From Candidatus Cloacimonadales bacterium (GTDB lineage: Bacteria > Cloacimonadota > Cloacimonadia > Cloacimonadales > JAIOQZ01): a DNA stretch of 64,000 nucleotides. The notes below the pieces were generated by a model that was given only the letters and a program-made list of their open reading frames with translations, was not told the DNA's origin and did no database searches. Positions 10,525 through 20,778 of this stretch are shown piece after piece; position 1 is the first letter of the stretch, and every line of letters starts with the position of its first letter. A program made the position numbers and the translations under genes. The stretch spans positions 2,752,001 to 2,816,000 of the forward strand of contig OY762463.1 in assembly GCA_963665815.1 (NCBI GenBank), written 5' to 3'.

Positions 10525-10612
10525 GTCCGAAAGCATGGAACTAAAACTGAATGTTTATGCTATCAGCAATCTTGTGTGGATATTTTACTCCATTTCAGCT
10601 CAATTCCTCATT

Positions 10613-10629
10613 TTGGAATGATTTCTGCA
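10613..10629 (+). promoter_or_regulatory. Putative sigma-54 (-24/-12) promoter
   Basis: TTGGAATGATTTCTGCA = GG-N10-GC, about 400 bp upstream of the 857-aa gene. Confidence 0.5.
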
Positions 10630-11029
10630 AGATAGATTAACTGAAGGACAGACAGCTGTTAAGTAATTAGATCTTTATTCAATATATTAAGATGACAAAA
10701 GAGTGAATTGATGAGACTCCAGTGTTTATCCGTAAAGCTATAACGTACCGGAAACAGTAGATCAAATACAAGCAATTAATGATTTCCTGTACATTTATTC
10801 ACTTTACATTAACATATTTTCAGGGATATCTGATGTACAAATTTTGTTTCTTTATATACTAAAAGATTTATTAATATTACAGTTGTGAGAATTTTCTTGA
10901 CAGAAATTCCTTTTCATCTATGTTAATATAGTAATATCAAAGATTGAGATATCTCATGGATGAATATCAGGGCAATACGATTTCAGTCATGAAAATTCAT
11001 TAATCTATAAATTAAAAAAAGGAGAGAGT

Positions 11030-13603
11030 ATGAAAAGATTATTATTAATACTCATGATTGCTGTTGCAGCAGTCTCTATTTTTGCAACAATCGATGCTCC
11101 GTCTACAGTTACTTATGCTGTACAGAACGAGAATATCGGTTTATATTGGGATAACCCGGAAGCTGCCGGTACAATAAGCTGGGATAACGGTGAAATGGGA
11201 CCTGGCGGTATCGGATTCGGCACTGCTGAGTTCGACGTTGATACTGCTATCATGTTTGAACCTGCTGATCTCGTTGGATACAATAACTATGTATTTGATT
11301 ATTTAGCATTTTATCATCAGGATGCAGGCTGTACTTATACTTTAACAGTATATCAAGGTGGAGACTCAAATGCACCGGATTCAACTAACATGTTGTCTAC
11401 TCAGACAATTGCTCCGGGATCTCTTACTCTTAATGCAGTGAACTACATTCAGCTTGCTAATGCAGTTACTATCAATGCAAGTCAGCATTTATGGATCGTT
11501 CTTGCTTATGATTGTACTACTACCGGTTCATATCCTGCAAAGATGGACACATCTGATCTTGCAGGAACATACGATGGAAAAGGTAACCTTATTAACAGTG
11601 GTGGATGGGTTGGACTTTATACTGCAACTGTCAATTCAGCTCAAATTACAGGTAACTGGTTCATGAGAGCTTATATTACAGCTCCTGCTACAAGAGAAAG
11701 TATTCCTCTTACACATTATGTACCAGCTGATCATTCTCCAGTAGTTAACAATGCTTCTCCTGTTGTAGATGCATCTCTTATCGAACGTGGATACTTCAGA
11801 GATTCACATAGTGAAGTATTTGTTGAAGAAAACTCAAGAGCGGAAGTTATTGCCGGTTACAAAATCTACAAAGATGGTAATCTTATAGAAACACTTAACT
11901 GGAATAGTGATGAGCAACAACATTACTTCTTCACAACTGAAGATGTAGGACAATACACATTTAACGTAACTACTCTTTCAGAAGACCTTGCTTCAGGCAG
12001 TGTTACAGAATCTTCATATTCAAGTGATGTTAACGTTACTGTAGCAACTGTTTCAGTTGATGGACCTCCTCGTGGTATTTCTTTCACAGTTGATAATGGT
12101 AATGAACCTACAATCAACTGGGTATATCCTGGTGAAGCACTTGGTGATACAAGACTTGCTCTTCCTGGTGACATGGAAAGACATCCACAAGGTATGAGCA
12201 GAGGTTATGGTTCTTTTGCAGTTTACGAATTTGGTATCAGATTCACAGCTCAAGAATTACAAGACTACGCAGGACAATCAATTACTAACATCAGAACAGT
12301 AATCCCTGATACACTTTGTACATACACTCTTAAAATCTATGAAGGTGGAAGTGTAGTTTGGGATAATGTTGATTCATCTTACGTTTACACAGAAGGTTCA
12401 CTTGTTCATGAGCAACCTGTTGTAAATCCTGTATTATACAGAGTAAACATTATTGACCTTGATACTCCTGTACAAATTCAGGCTAACAATGAATACTGGA
12501 TTGCATTCAAAGTAATTCAACATGCTAACAATATATTCCCAATGCCACAAGCTGGTAATGATGGTGAAATTAATAACAGACAAGGTAATTTAATTAAATT
12601 CACATCTTGGAGTTCAATGTACACTGAAGGTGAAGATATGTCAGATGAAACTGACCACTATATTCAAATGTATGTTTCAGACCTTACAACAAGATCTAAC
12701 AATGTAACAGTTCTTTCTTCTGAAACTTATCCTGAATGTGATGGACCTCTCGTTGCTGCTGCAACTAAACAAGCTCCTGTTGCTACACTTAATGATGTTA
12801 GAACAAACGATAGAGCTGACTTAGCAGGTTGGGAAGTTAACTGGAACCTTAACACTCCAGATGCAGAATCTTACACAGTAGACTTACAGTATACCGGTCT
12901 TATTCTTGGTGGATATGATGAAGGTGATTACGATTACAGTGTTTCTGCTGTATATGATGATCAAAATGTTGTAACTTCAGATGAAGCAGTATGTTCAATA
13001 GTGCTTCCTAATCCAGACAGTCTTAAAGCTGAAAAAGTTAATCCTAACTCAGATTATTGGAGATTAACATGGCTTCCACCAAACCTTGATGCTTATTCAC
13101 GTGGATTCCAGAAATATAATGTATACTCTGGTGCAGACGAAGATAACTGTGACACATTTGTTGCAGAAGCTGATGCTGAATTCCTTATTACTGCTACATT
13201 CGACAGTACTCTTACATATAAAGTAGTTGCTGTATACGGTGGCGGTGATAATGAAACATTTGAATCATCAGGTACTTTCTGGTCACTACCGATACAAGGT
13301 ACTTATGACAACGATATTGACTTCAATGCAACAAGAATCATTGGTGCTTATCCTAATCCATTCAACCCAAAAACAACTATCAAATATAACATTGCAAAAG
13401 ATTCAAACGTTGAGTTAGTAATTTACAACATTAAAGGACAAAAAGTTCGTACACTCGTAAATGAAAGAAAAACTCAAGGTGAACATTCAATCGTTTGGAA
13501 TGGTCAAGATGACAACGGACATAATTCTGCTACAGGTGTATACTTCTACAGACTTAAATCCGGAACTCATACTTCTACACAAAAACTCATGATGATTAAA
13601 TAA
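11030..13603 (+). CDS. Large secreted surface protein with two internal beta-sandwich repeats, FN3-like segments and YPNPFNP/FlgD-Ig C-terminal domain
   Basis: Signal peptide; repeats AIMFEPADL..CTYTLTVYQGG and GIRFTAQEL..CTYTLKIYEGG; C-terminal AYPNPFNPKT; strong RBS AAGGAG. Confidence 0.75.
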   Translation: MKRLLLILMIAVAAVSIFATIDAPSTVTYAVQNENIGLYWDNPEAAGTISWDNGEMGPGGIGFGTAEFDVDTAIMFEPADLVGYNNYVFDYLAFYHQDAGCTYTLTVYQGGDSNAPDSTNMLSTQTIAPGSLTLNAVNYIQLANAVTINASQHLWIVLAYDCTTTGSYPAKMDTSDLAGTYDGKGNLINSGGWVGLYTATVNSAQITGNWFMRAYITAPATRESIPLTHYVPADHSPVVNNASPVVDASLIERGYFRDSHSEVFVEENSRAEVIAGYKIYKDGNLIETLNWNSDEQQHYFFTTEDVGQYTFNVTTLSEDLASGSVTESSYSSDVNVTVATVSVDGPPRGISFTVDNGNEPTINWVYPGEALGDTRLALPGDMERHPQGMSRGYGSFAVYEFGIRFTAQELQDYAGQSITNIRTVIPDTLCTYTLKIYEGGSVVWDNVDSSYVYTEGSLVHEQPVVNPVLYRVNIIDLDTPVQIQANNEYWIAFKVIQHANNIFPMPQAGNDGEINNRQGNLIKFTSWSSMYTEGEDMSDETDHYIQMYVSDLTTRSNNVTVLSSETYPECDGPLVAAATKQAPVATLNDVRTNDRADLAGWEVNWNLNTPDAESYTVDLQYTGLILGGYDEGDYDYSVSAVYDDQNVVTSDEAVCSIVLPNPDSLKAEKVNPNSDYWRLTWLPPNLDAYSRGFQKYNVYSGADEDNCDTFVAEADAEFLITATFDSTLTYKVVAVYGGGDNETFESSGTFWSLPIQGTYDNDIDFNATRIIGAYPNPFNPKTTIKYNIAKDSNVELVIYNIKGQKVRTLVNERKTQGEHSIVWNGQDDNGHNSATGVYFYRLKSGTHTSTQKLMMIK

Positions 13604-13617
13604 TCATCAGATTATAC

Positions 13618-13649
13618 AAAAGGCTGTACTTTGTGCAGCCTTTTTTTTT
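13618..13649 (+). terminator. Rho-independent terminator
   Basis: AAGGCTGTAC-TTT-GTGCAGCCTT plus T-run. Confidence 0.85.
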
Positions 13650-13961
13650 GTCTAAATACATATTTACTTCATTGAAATCTCGAAATTTTAAAGTTTATTT
13701 GACTGTAATGCAATAATATTTTTGGAAGTGATGTTTCAACATCACAGTTTGTACAGCTAAAGCAGTACTTCCTCTCTGTGGAAACCGCGTAGAGAAACGC
13801 AGAAGGTAGTCTTACTCAAATAGCCATTGTGCATGGCTGAAAGCCCCTGCAATGGTTGTCTTGCAGAAAACATTCTCTATATAAACAGCTTTTGAGACAC
13901 AAAATGTTGAGTCTCTACGAAACTTGAAATATAAAGGATTTATCCGTTGCAGTTGTAATGA

Positions 13962-13993
13962 AAAAAGACTGTCAAAAAATGACAGCCTTCTTT
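13962..13993 (-). terminator. Rho-independent terminator of the PHP-glycosyltransferase gene
   Basis: AAGACTGTCA-AAAAA-TGACAGCCTT with an A-run on the left. Confidence 0.6.
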
Positions 13994-14013
13994 GTACTAT
14001 TAATGAGTCTACA

Positions 14014-16362
14014 CTATCTAAACATTATATCTATGAATGATTCCCAGTTAGCAAAATCTCTGACATGAGTCACTGCCGCATCACTCATTTTACGGAGTTC
14101 ATCGCTTGGAGATTTGAGTATCATTTCTTCCATTTTATTTTTCCACTTTTCTGCTTCATTTTCTTTGATTATGTATCCTGTTTCATTATTAACAATAACT
14201 TCCTTAGGACCACCAACATTACTTACGAGAGCAGGTAATCCGCATGCTTGTGCTTCGAGAAGAGACATCCCGAATGTATCTGTCTCACTTGGGAACAGGA
14301 ATAAATCTGATCCGGAATAATAGTCTATCAGATATTCTCTCTCAATTCTTCCTGTATAAATTATATTCTTATTCGAGTATTGATTTTTATACTCTTCCTT
14401 ATCAGGACCATCACCTACTATAAACAGATAAATATCCTTATATTTTCGTGTAAGTTCTGTAAAAGCTGAAAGAATTACATCAAGAGATTTATCTTTGGAA
14501 ACTCTTCCGGTGTAAATAAAATAGAATCCTGATTTTACATTATATTTGTTCTGCAGGAAGAGGTCAGAGTGTTTTCTTGGATGGAAAGTATTGAAATCAA
14601 GTCCCCTTGGGAATAAATCCATTTTTGATCTATCTAGACCGCAGTTCTCCAGAACATCCATATAGGCTGTCGAAGGAACTCTGATATAATCAAGATTTCT
14701 ATAGAACCATAAGCAGTAGTTTTCTATCAAAGTAGCCAGATTTTCATCCGGATACATTGCATAAGCCTGATTCCTGAAGTCAGTATGATAAACTCCTGTA
14801 ACAGGTATATTGAAAAGTTTACCAGCCAGCAACCCGATAAGCCCTACAGGTCCCGGAGTAGAGACAATAATATTATCAGGTTTAAATTCATATATCTTCT
14901 TTATTGCTTTCAGTGATGAAGGAATGTTAATAGAAATAGTTGAGTAATAGGGAAGACTGAATTTATGTATTGTATCAAGTTGCATAAGGTAATCTGTTTC
15001 TCCGACAGACGGTTCGGAATGAACAACTTTTGCATTAATTTCATGTTCTTTAATTTTTTCCAGTACTTTCAGCACAGTTACTGCAACTCCATTCAGGTCT
15101 GTAATTGTATCTGTAAACCATAGCGTTCTTTTCTGTTTCTTCTTCTTATCAATACTGAACCTGCTTTGAGCTTCCTTGATAATGTTTCTATTCTTGAACA
15201 TAACATGAATACTGCTGAAAAAAGGCAACGACAGAAAAATACCCGGGAAAATGGAAGATATATTCTTTATCAGCTTCAGAATGTTACCATTCATTAGATC
15301 CTTTTCTAATGACTGAAACACGGCTTTAAAGAATGAATCAGCAATATCAGCTATTCTGTTAAAAGTAATCTGTAGTCTTATATCTGTAGTCTGTGTTCTA
15401 TCTTTCTGGAGCTCTGCAACCAGATCCGTGACTCTCTGTTTGAACTCTTCATCGGCATTCTTATTAGAATCGTTTTTGAGCTTCTGAAGTTTTAATCTGT
15501 TGGTAAAACTCATTTTCTTTTTATCAAATATGAAGTCTGTCAACTGAGCCAACATTGATTTAGATATAACCTTACTCTTTGTTTTGTAATGATCTATACC
15601 TATTTTGTAAATTGCAAAAACAAGAGAGTAAAAATCGTTATGACGCCCATTTCCGGTTGTTTTCCCAGCTTTTATCTGTTCTAATACCTCATCTGTTGTT
15701 TTAGCCTCGCAATATGTCCAGGTCTGACCGAGAAATAAACCGGCGTGATCATCTGACCCTCCTGTGTGACCTTTAATCCATGGAGTAGCTCCAAAAGGCT
15801 CAATACAATGCTTTTTTCTGAGTTCTTTGATTTTAGTTTTGTTTAGACTCGAGATAATTTCAAGCCAGGAATCATTATTGAAATCGTTCCTGCCACCATT
15901 GATGACTTCAAACACATCGAACAATAGTATCAGTTTTTCCAAGTGGTCAGTAGTTAATTTCCCATTAACAGAATACGTTGCATGAGCAACCGAATATGCC
16001 AGATTATGTTCTTTGATGTAGTCTCTCAGGTGGTATATGTTAGTTCTTTTCTTCTGAATTTCACAAAACTGCTCTTCATTAATACCATATATCAGAACAT
16101 GAATTTTACAGCTGTCTTCCGGAAAATATGCTGTGGCTTCAACTCCGACAATAACTTCGTCCGGATACTTTGATTTAAGAATTAAAGCTCCATCAATTTT
16201 GTTATGATCTGTTATGGTAACAAAGTCCATACCGCGACTTTTCTGTTCCCTGTAAATATATTCGGGATCAGTATAAGATTCTCCTGCACCAAGTCTCTGC
16301 AGGAACCATTCTGAAGGGTGTTCAGAATATTTAGAATGAACATGCAAATCAATCTTCGCCAT
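14014..16362 (-). CDS. PHP-domain / GT4 glycosyltransferase fusion
   Basis: N-terminal DLHVHS, TDHN, VAH, GSDDH (PHP); C-terminal YHTDF, GRVSKDK, PSETDTFGMSLLEAQACGLP (GT4). Confidence 0.88.
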   Translation of the reverse strand: MAKIDLHVHSKYSEHPSEWFLQRLGAGESYTDPEYIYREQKSRGMDFVTITDHNKIDGALILKSKYPDEVIVGVEATAYFPEDSCKIHVLIYGINEEQFCEIQKKRTNIYHLRDYIKEHNLAYSVAHATYSVNGKLTTDHLEKLILLFDVFEVINGGRNDFNNDSWLEIISSLNKTKIKELRKKHCIEPFGATPWIKGHTGGSDDHAGLFLGQTWTYCEAKTTDEVLEQIKAGKTTGNGRHNDFYSLVFAIYKIGIDHYKTKSKVISKSMLAQLTDFIFDKKKMSFTNRLKLQKLKNDSNKNADEEFKQRVTDLVAELQKDRTQTTDIRLQITFNRIADIADSFFKAVFQSLEKDLMNGNILKLIKNISSIFPGIFLSLPFFSSIHVMFKNRNIIKEAQSRFSIDKKKKQKRTLWFTDTITDLNGVAVTVLKVLEKIKEHEINAKVVHSEPSVGETDYLMQLDTIHKFSLPYYSTISINIPSSLKAIKKIYEFKPDNIIVSTPGPVGLIGLLAGKLFNIPVTGVYHTDFRNQAYAMYPDENLATLIENYCLWFYRNLDYIRVPSTAYMDVLENCGLDRSKMDLFPRGLDFNTFHPRKHSDLFLQNKYNVKSGFYFIYTGRVSKDKSLDVILSAFTELTRKYKDIYLFIVGDGPDKEEYKNQYSNKNIIYTGRIEREYLIDYYSGSDLFLFPSETDTFGMSLLEAQACGLPALVSNVGGPKEVIVNNETGYIIKENEAEKWKNKMEEMILKSPSDELRKMSDAAVTHVRDFANWESFIDIMFR

Positions 16363-16617
16363 TCTACCTCCTCAATTAATACATAAAATTAGTATTCGGG
16401 ATTTTCTGTTTATTATAAGCTAATTGTTTAGAAATGGTTAAAACACGCCGGGCAATCAACATAAATTACATAGATGCAACTCATAATATTTCATATGTTT
16501 CCATTGAAATATACAGATAACATATACATTAATCCTGATATATATTTTCTCTGCAGAAATTTTAAAAGTTGACATCTACTCATTTTTCAACCTCTTTTGG
16601 CTATCAAAGGAGGAAGT

Positions 16618-17931
16618 ATGAAAACACTAGTGACATTACTATTGATTACCTGTATGTTTTCAGCACTATTCGGAAGTATTGGTATACCCAATGACAAACT
16701 GCATATAATCAAGAATTACAGGCTGAAGAACTGGGATAGTTCTAAGACTGATCTCAATCTGACAGCAAGAGGAGATATTGACAATAGTGTTGTTGAATCA
16801 AAAAGTCTGTATTTGGGGCTGACGCCAATTTATGAGAGAACTATGGAAACAGAGACTATGCAGACTAACATATTCAATACAGCCAATGGAATTCTTGATA
16901 TATCTAATAGAGAAACCAGTTCAACAGAAATAGACAAGAGGGATATTTATCTGGATGACGGATTTCTCAGCACTTCAAAAATGTATTTTTCAGGTGAATC
17001 ATATTATACTGTGCAATTGAACTTGGATATAAATTATTATAACAAGCACACTGATGATGGAATATCTCTTGTTAAGGACAAAAATATGTTAGTGGAAGGG
17101 CAGGTATTTCTGGGAGTCGGAACCGGTAGAATTTACAAAGTTTCTTCTGTGATCAGAGCATTGAGAATTAATGAGAGAATGAAAAAAATTGGCAAAGGAA
17201 GCTTATCGGATGATGAGATAGACAAAATAGCATACTTGATATCTAAAGAAGACGATTATTCTTCATTTTATTCCAGACCTGACAAATACCTCTGGGGTGA
17301 CATTGCAAAAAGCTCAGGAGGAAAACTTGATCAGCTTAGTGTTTATGTTTATGAATATCTGAAAGAAGCAATGTTTGAGAATATTGGCTACAGAGCTCAG
17401 GGACATACTCTGGAAATTGGACTAATGTTGTATGACAGTCATCAAAAAAGAGAATATGATTCAGTTGAGACTGAAGGTGACATGTTCATGCTTGGTCCAC
17501 AGCTAAGATTCAGTTATTACAATAACATAACAACCTCATTTCAAGTAAGTGTTGATTATGATGCAGCAGTTACTTTTATTCTTGAACCCGATTTGATAAT
17601 GGATAAAAGCTTTAATAATAATCTCAGTTTTATGACTCTATATAATATAACGGACAGGCTGTTGCTGGCAAACGAACTTCAATATACATACAGTTTACAG
17701 AATGATGATTTCTTTGCAGATGACAGAGTGACAATATCTGAATTTTCAATTGGTTCCTATCTGAACTATATGATTCTTGATAAGGTAGATTTGTATTTTG
17801 ACTTTAATCTGTCAAACATGGATACTGATAACTTCAATCCTGATTATGTCCAGAACCTTTATAAATTTGAAACAAGTGTTTCAACCGGCATCAAAATTTA
17901 TTTGTTCGATAGAATTTACAGGGGGAGATAA
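16618..17931 (+). CDS. Putative outer-membrane beta-barrel protein (paralog 1)
   Basis: ATG after GGAGG; signal peptide; alternating aromatic beta-strands; C-terminal VSTGIKIYLF. Confidence 0.6.
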   Translation: MKTLVTLLLITCMFSALFGSIGIPNDKLHIIKNYRLKNWDSSKTDLNLTARGDIDNSVVESKSLYLGLTPIYERTMETETMQTNIFNTANGILDISNRETSSTEIDKRDIYLDDGFLSTSKMYFSGESYYTVQLNLDINYYNKHTDDGISLVKDKNMLVEGQVFLGVGTGRIYKVSSVIRALRINERMKKIGKGSLSDDEIDKIAYLISKEDDYSSFYSRPDKYLWGDIAKSSGGKLDQLSVYVYEYLKEAMFENIGYRAQGHTLEIGLMLYDSHQKREYDSVETEGDMFMLGPQLRFSYYNNITTSFQVSVDYDAAVTFILEPDLIMDKSFNNNLSFMTLYNITDRLLLANELQYTYSLQNDDFFADDRVTISEFSIGSYLNYMILDKVDLYFDFNLSNMDTDNFNPDYVQNLYKFETSVSTGIKIYLFDRIYRGR

Positions 17932-19214
17932 TGCGTAGAATAATATTTTTTATAATAACAGCAATGCTGGCTTCAACCCTCCTGGCTGAGTCTACTGGGA
18001 TACCAGAAAGTAAGTTAGAGCTTTTCAAGAACTATAAACTTGGAAGCTGGGGCTACCATTCTCTGGATGCGCACTTCAGATTTGACGGAACGATCAGAAA
18101 CTCGGAATACCAGAGTAATGAAACCGGATTATTCACTAATACGAACTATTATTACTATAAAGAATCAGATGAATTTATATTATACTATGACAATTACAAT
18201 AGTTATGGATTCAGCTACAATTATTTTGATCATTCCACCGATATTTTCAGTAATAGCCTCAGAACGGATAATATTGCAGATATTAAGTATTACTTAATGG
18301 GGAAATTATTCATTGAGGCTTCTACTGATATTGATCTGTTATATCTTAATGATATTACAGATACAAAGAGCTCAGAACGTATACTTGAAGAATCTTCTAC
18401 TTTTGAAAGTACATCTTTTTTGGGATTCGGTTTTGGTAAACTACATGATATTGCTCCAATGATTAGAGCTCTGAGAATGAATGAAAGACTTCAATATATT
18501 GGTGGAGAAAGATATCTGAGCAATGCTGAGATACAGAAAGTCTCAGAAGTAATTTCAAGAAACTACTCCAATGTATATGCTAGAACAGATTTACCATACT
18601 GGTCAGATTTATCTGCAGCTGCCGGAGGAAAACTTGATGATCTGAAAGTTCATGAATATGAATACATTAAAGAAGCTTTGTTTGAGAACATTCACCAAAG
18701 ATTTCAGGGATATGATGTTTCTTTGGGGATGAATGTTCTCAGAAGAGCCCAAAAAAGATATGATGAACAACCTGAACCTGAGACAATTAAGATCAATGAC
18801 TTTGATTTGTGTCCGATTTTAACTTTCAGATGGTATAATAACTTCTCCACATCACTAATGGCTGGATTTGAACAATATGTTCAATATGATTTCCAGAATG
18901 TAAATGATGATAACAATAACATTGAGACTGTGACTTCTCTATCTCAGCTGAACTTACTATATAATATCACAGACAGGATTTTATTCGTTAATCAAACCAG
19001 CTTTATGTATGAAAATGAGCTGCTTAATGACAAAGATGATAAAGAGGAAAGTTCACAAGTTGCAAACAATTCACGGTTTGAATATCAAGTGATCGAAAAG
19101 CTGACATTTAACCTGGATCTGATAATGTCCAACAATAATACGGAAAATGTTGATAGATTCAAAACAAGCTTATATGCTGGTTTCAGGGTGAATCTATTCA
19201 AGAATAGAAGATAA
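17931..19214 (+). CDS. Putative outer-membrane beta-barrel protein (paralog 2)
   Basis: Shares GIPxxKL..KNYxL..W, IRALRxNER, GGKLDxL.V..YEY.KEAxFENI and LYNITDR with the upstream gene; C-terminal LYAGFRVNLF. Confidence 0.6.
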   Translation: MRRIIFFIITAMLASTLLAESTGIPESKLELFKNYKLGSWGYHSLDAHFRFDGTIRNSEYQSNETGLFTNTNYYYYKESDEFILYYDNYNSYGFSYNYFDHSTDIFSNSLRTDNIADIKYYLMGKLFIEASTDIDLLYLNDITDTKSSERILEESSTFESTSFLGFGFGKLHDIAPMIRALRMNERLQYIGGERYLSNAEIQKVSEVISRNYSNVYARTDLPYWSDLSAAAGGKLDDLKVHEYEYIKEALFENIHQRFQGYDVSLGMNVLRRAQKRYDEQPEPETIKINDFDLCPILTFRWYNNFSTSLMAGFEQYVQYDFQNVNDDNNNIETVTSLSQLNLLYNITDRILFVNQTSFMYENELLNDKDDKEESSQVANNSRFEYQVIEKLTFNLDLIMSNNNTENVDRFKTSLYAGFRVNLFKNRR

Positions 19215-19241
19215 AAAACACAATCAGATTAAATTAATCTT

Positions 19242-19264
19242 AGCGGACTCGTGTCCGCTTTTTT
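19242..19264 (+). terminator. Rho-independent terminator
   Basis: AGCGGAC-TCGT-GTCCGCT plus T-run. Confidence 0.8.
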
Positions 19265-19691
19265 CTATTATAACCACTTTTTGAGGCAATATACAAATCT
19301 GAGACTCTGAATATTATATATCATATTAACAAATGATTTTGCCCGAACTTGAATAGATGCTGATGAAATCCGTAAATCCCTGAGTTCGATGTGTAATTTA
19401 TATTGAGATATATCAGAACAACATTGATTATATTGCAAAATTTATCCGGGTTAGCTTTAATCTAGACGGAAACCACCCTGCAAATGAATATTTGGTATAC
19501 TTGTATCCCCTTAACACTACAGATGGGTATTATATCCTGCAGAATTGCGCAAGACTTCTGCTGTTCACAACCTGTGTAGAATCAAAATTTATCATAAATT
19601 TTAGTAATTTATGTAGCAGATTCCTGCATAATGTTTCATTTTATACTAATATCAGGAGTTCAACTTCACATCCTCAATAAGTTACGAGTAA

Positions 19692-20558
19692 TCAGAAATT
19701 TACTTTTTTCAGAAAGTTAACAGCTATTTTTACTGCTTTATCAGGATCATTCTCAAATCCATGGTTTTCTCCCTCAAGAAGATTGAGTTCGCTGCCTTCA
19801 TATATTTTGTGATATTTTTCTGCATAGGCATACGGCACAACCCTGTCAGCTACACCTTGAATTATACAGGCTGGTCCCGTATATGCAGATGCTCTCTCAT
19901 AAATCATCAGATCGCGTCCTTCCAGAATGTAGTTTCTTCCGACTTTATGGTTAAACACTTCAATATACTCAGGTACATTTTCAGTGTCGAAAGGAATTCC
20001 TAATACTGTTCCACCACTCAGTTCATCTTTGAGAACAGCAGCCGGGGCAAACAGAACAATACTGTTGACAGCACTTTCAAGCTCTCCTGCCGCAAGTGAA
20101 GTAACAACACCACCCTGAGAATGTACCACAAGATTTATATTTGTTGTATAAGGCAAAGTTTGAACATATTTGATGATGCCTTTTGCATCTTCCAGCTCGG
20201 AAAGAACTGTCATGTCCTGAAAGTTTCCGTAACTTTCCCCATGACCGTTAAAATCGAATCTTACTGTTGCAAAACCCTTAGCAACAAGTTTATCTGCAAT
20301 ATTTGCAATAAGTGGGTATTCCTTGTTTGCCATAAATCCATGCATTATGATAGCCACAGGACATTTTTCTCCGTCTTTCAGGTTCGGTGTCTGTACAATT
20401 ACAGGTAACATTCCATCTGCTCCCTTAACTTCTACGGCTTTGGTTGTATAGCCGGTTGATTTATTTTCTGAGCCGTTTTTTCCTTCTGTTGAACATGCCG
20501 AAAGCATCATAAGAATACTGCAGACAACAAGAACATTTATTAGTTTGCTCATAAACAT
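19692..20558 (-). CDS. Alpha/beta hydrolase lipoprotein (cinnamoyl/feruloyl esterase-like)
   Basis: Lipobox LSAC; MHGF; RFDFNGHGES; HSQGG; D and H of the triad (DRVVP, NHGF). Confidence 0.85.
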   Translation of the reverse strand: MFMSKLINVLVVCSILMMLSACSTEGKNGSENKSTGYTTKAVEVKGADGMLPVIVQTPNLKDGEKCPVAIIMHGFMANKEYPLIANIADKLVAKGFATVRFDFNGHGESYGNFQDMTVLSELEDAKGIIKYVQTLPYTTNINLVVHSQGGVVTSLAAGELESAVNSIVLFAPAAVLKDELSGGTVLGIPFDTENVPEYIEVFNHKVGRNYILEGRDLMIYERASAYTGPACIIQGVADRVVPYAYAEKYHKIYEGSELNLLEGENHGFENDPDKAVKIAVNFLKKVNF

Positions 20559-20778
20559 TCGATTACTCCTCTAAACTGATATGCAGTAATATAATACACG
20601 AAAAATAAGATGAACAAAGGGAAAAAATATTTCTCGACTCAGATATCGAAACTTTCTCAGTCCATTTCTATGTCAATTTTTATCCGAAGTATATGCTTTT
20701 ACAGCATAAAAAAGACCATCCCTTGTCAGAATGGTCTTTCAAAAAAATAATGATCTATTTTAACAGAATCATTTTCCT

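Noticed and set aside
19340..19680. Possible degraded ORF between the barrel genes and the esterase
   Set aside because: Short open frames with no RBS and no recognisable motif; cannot be supported without a search
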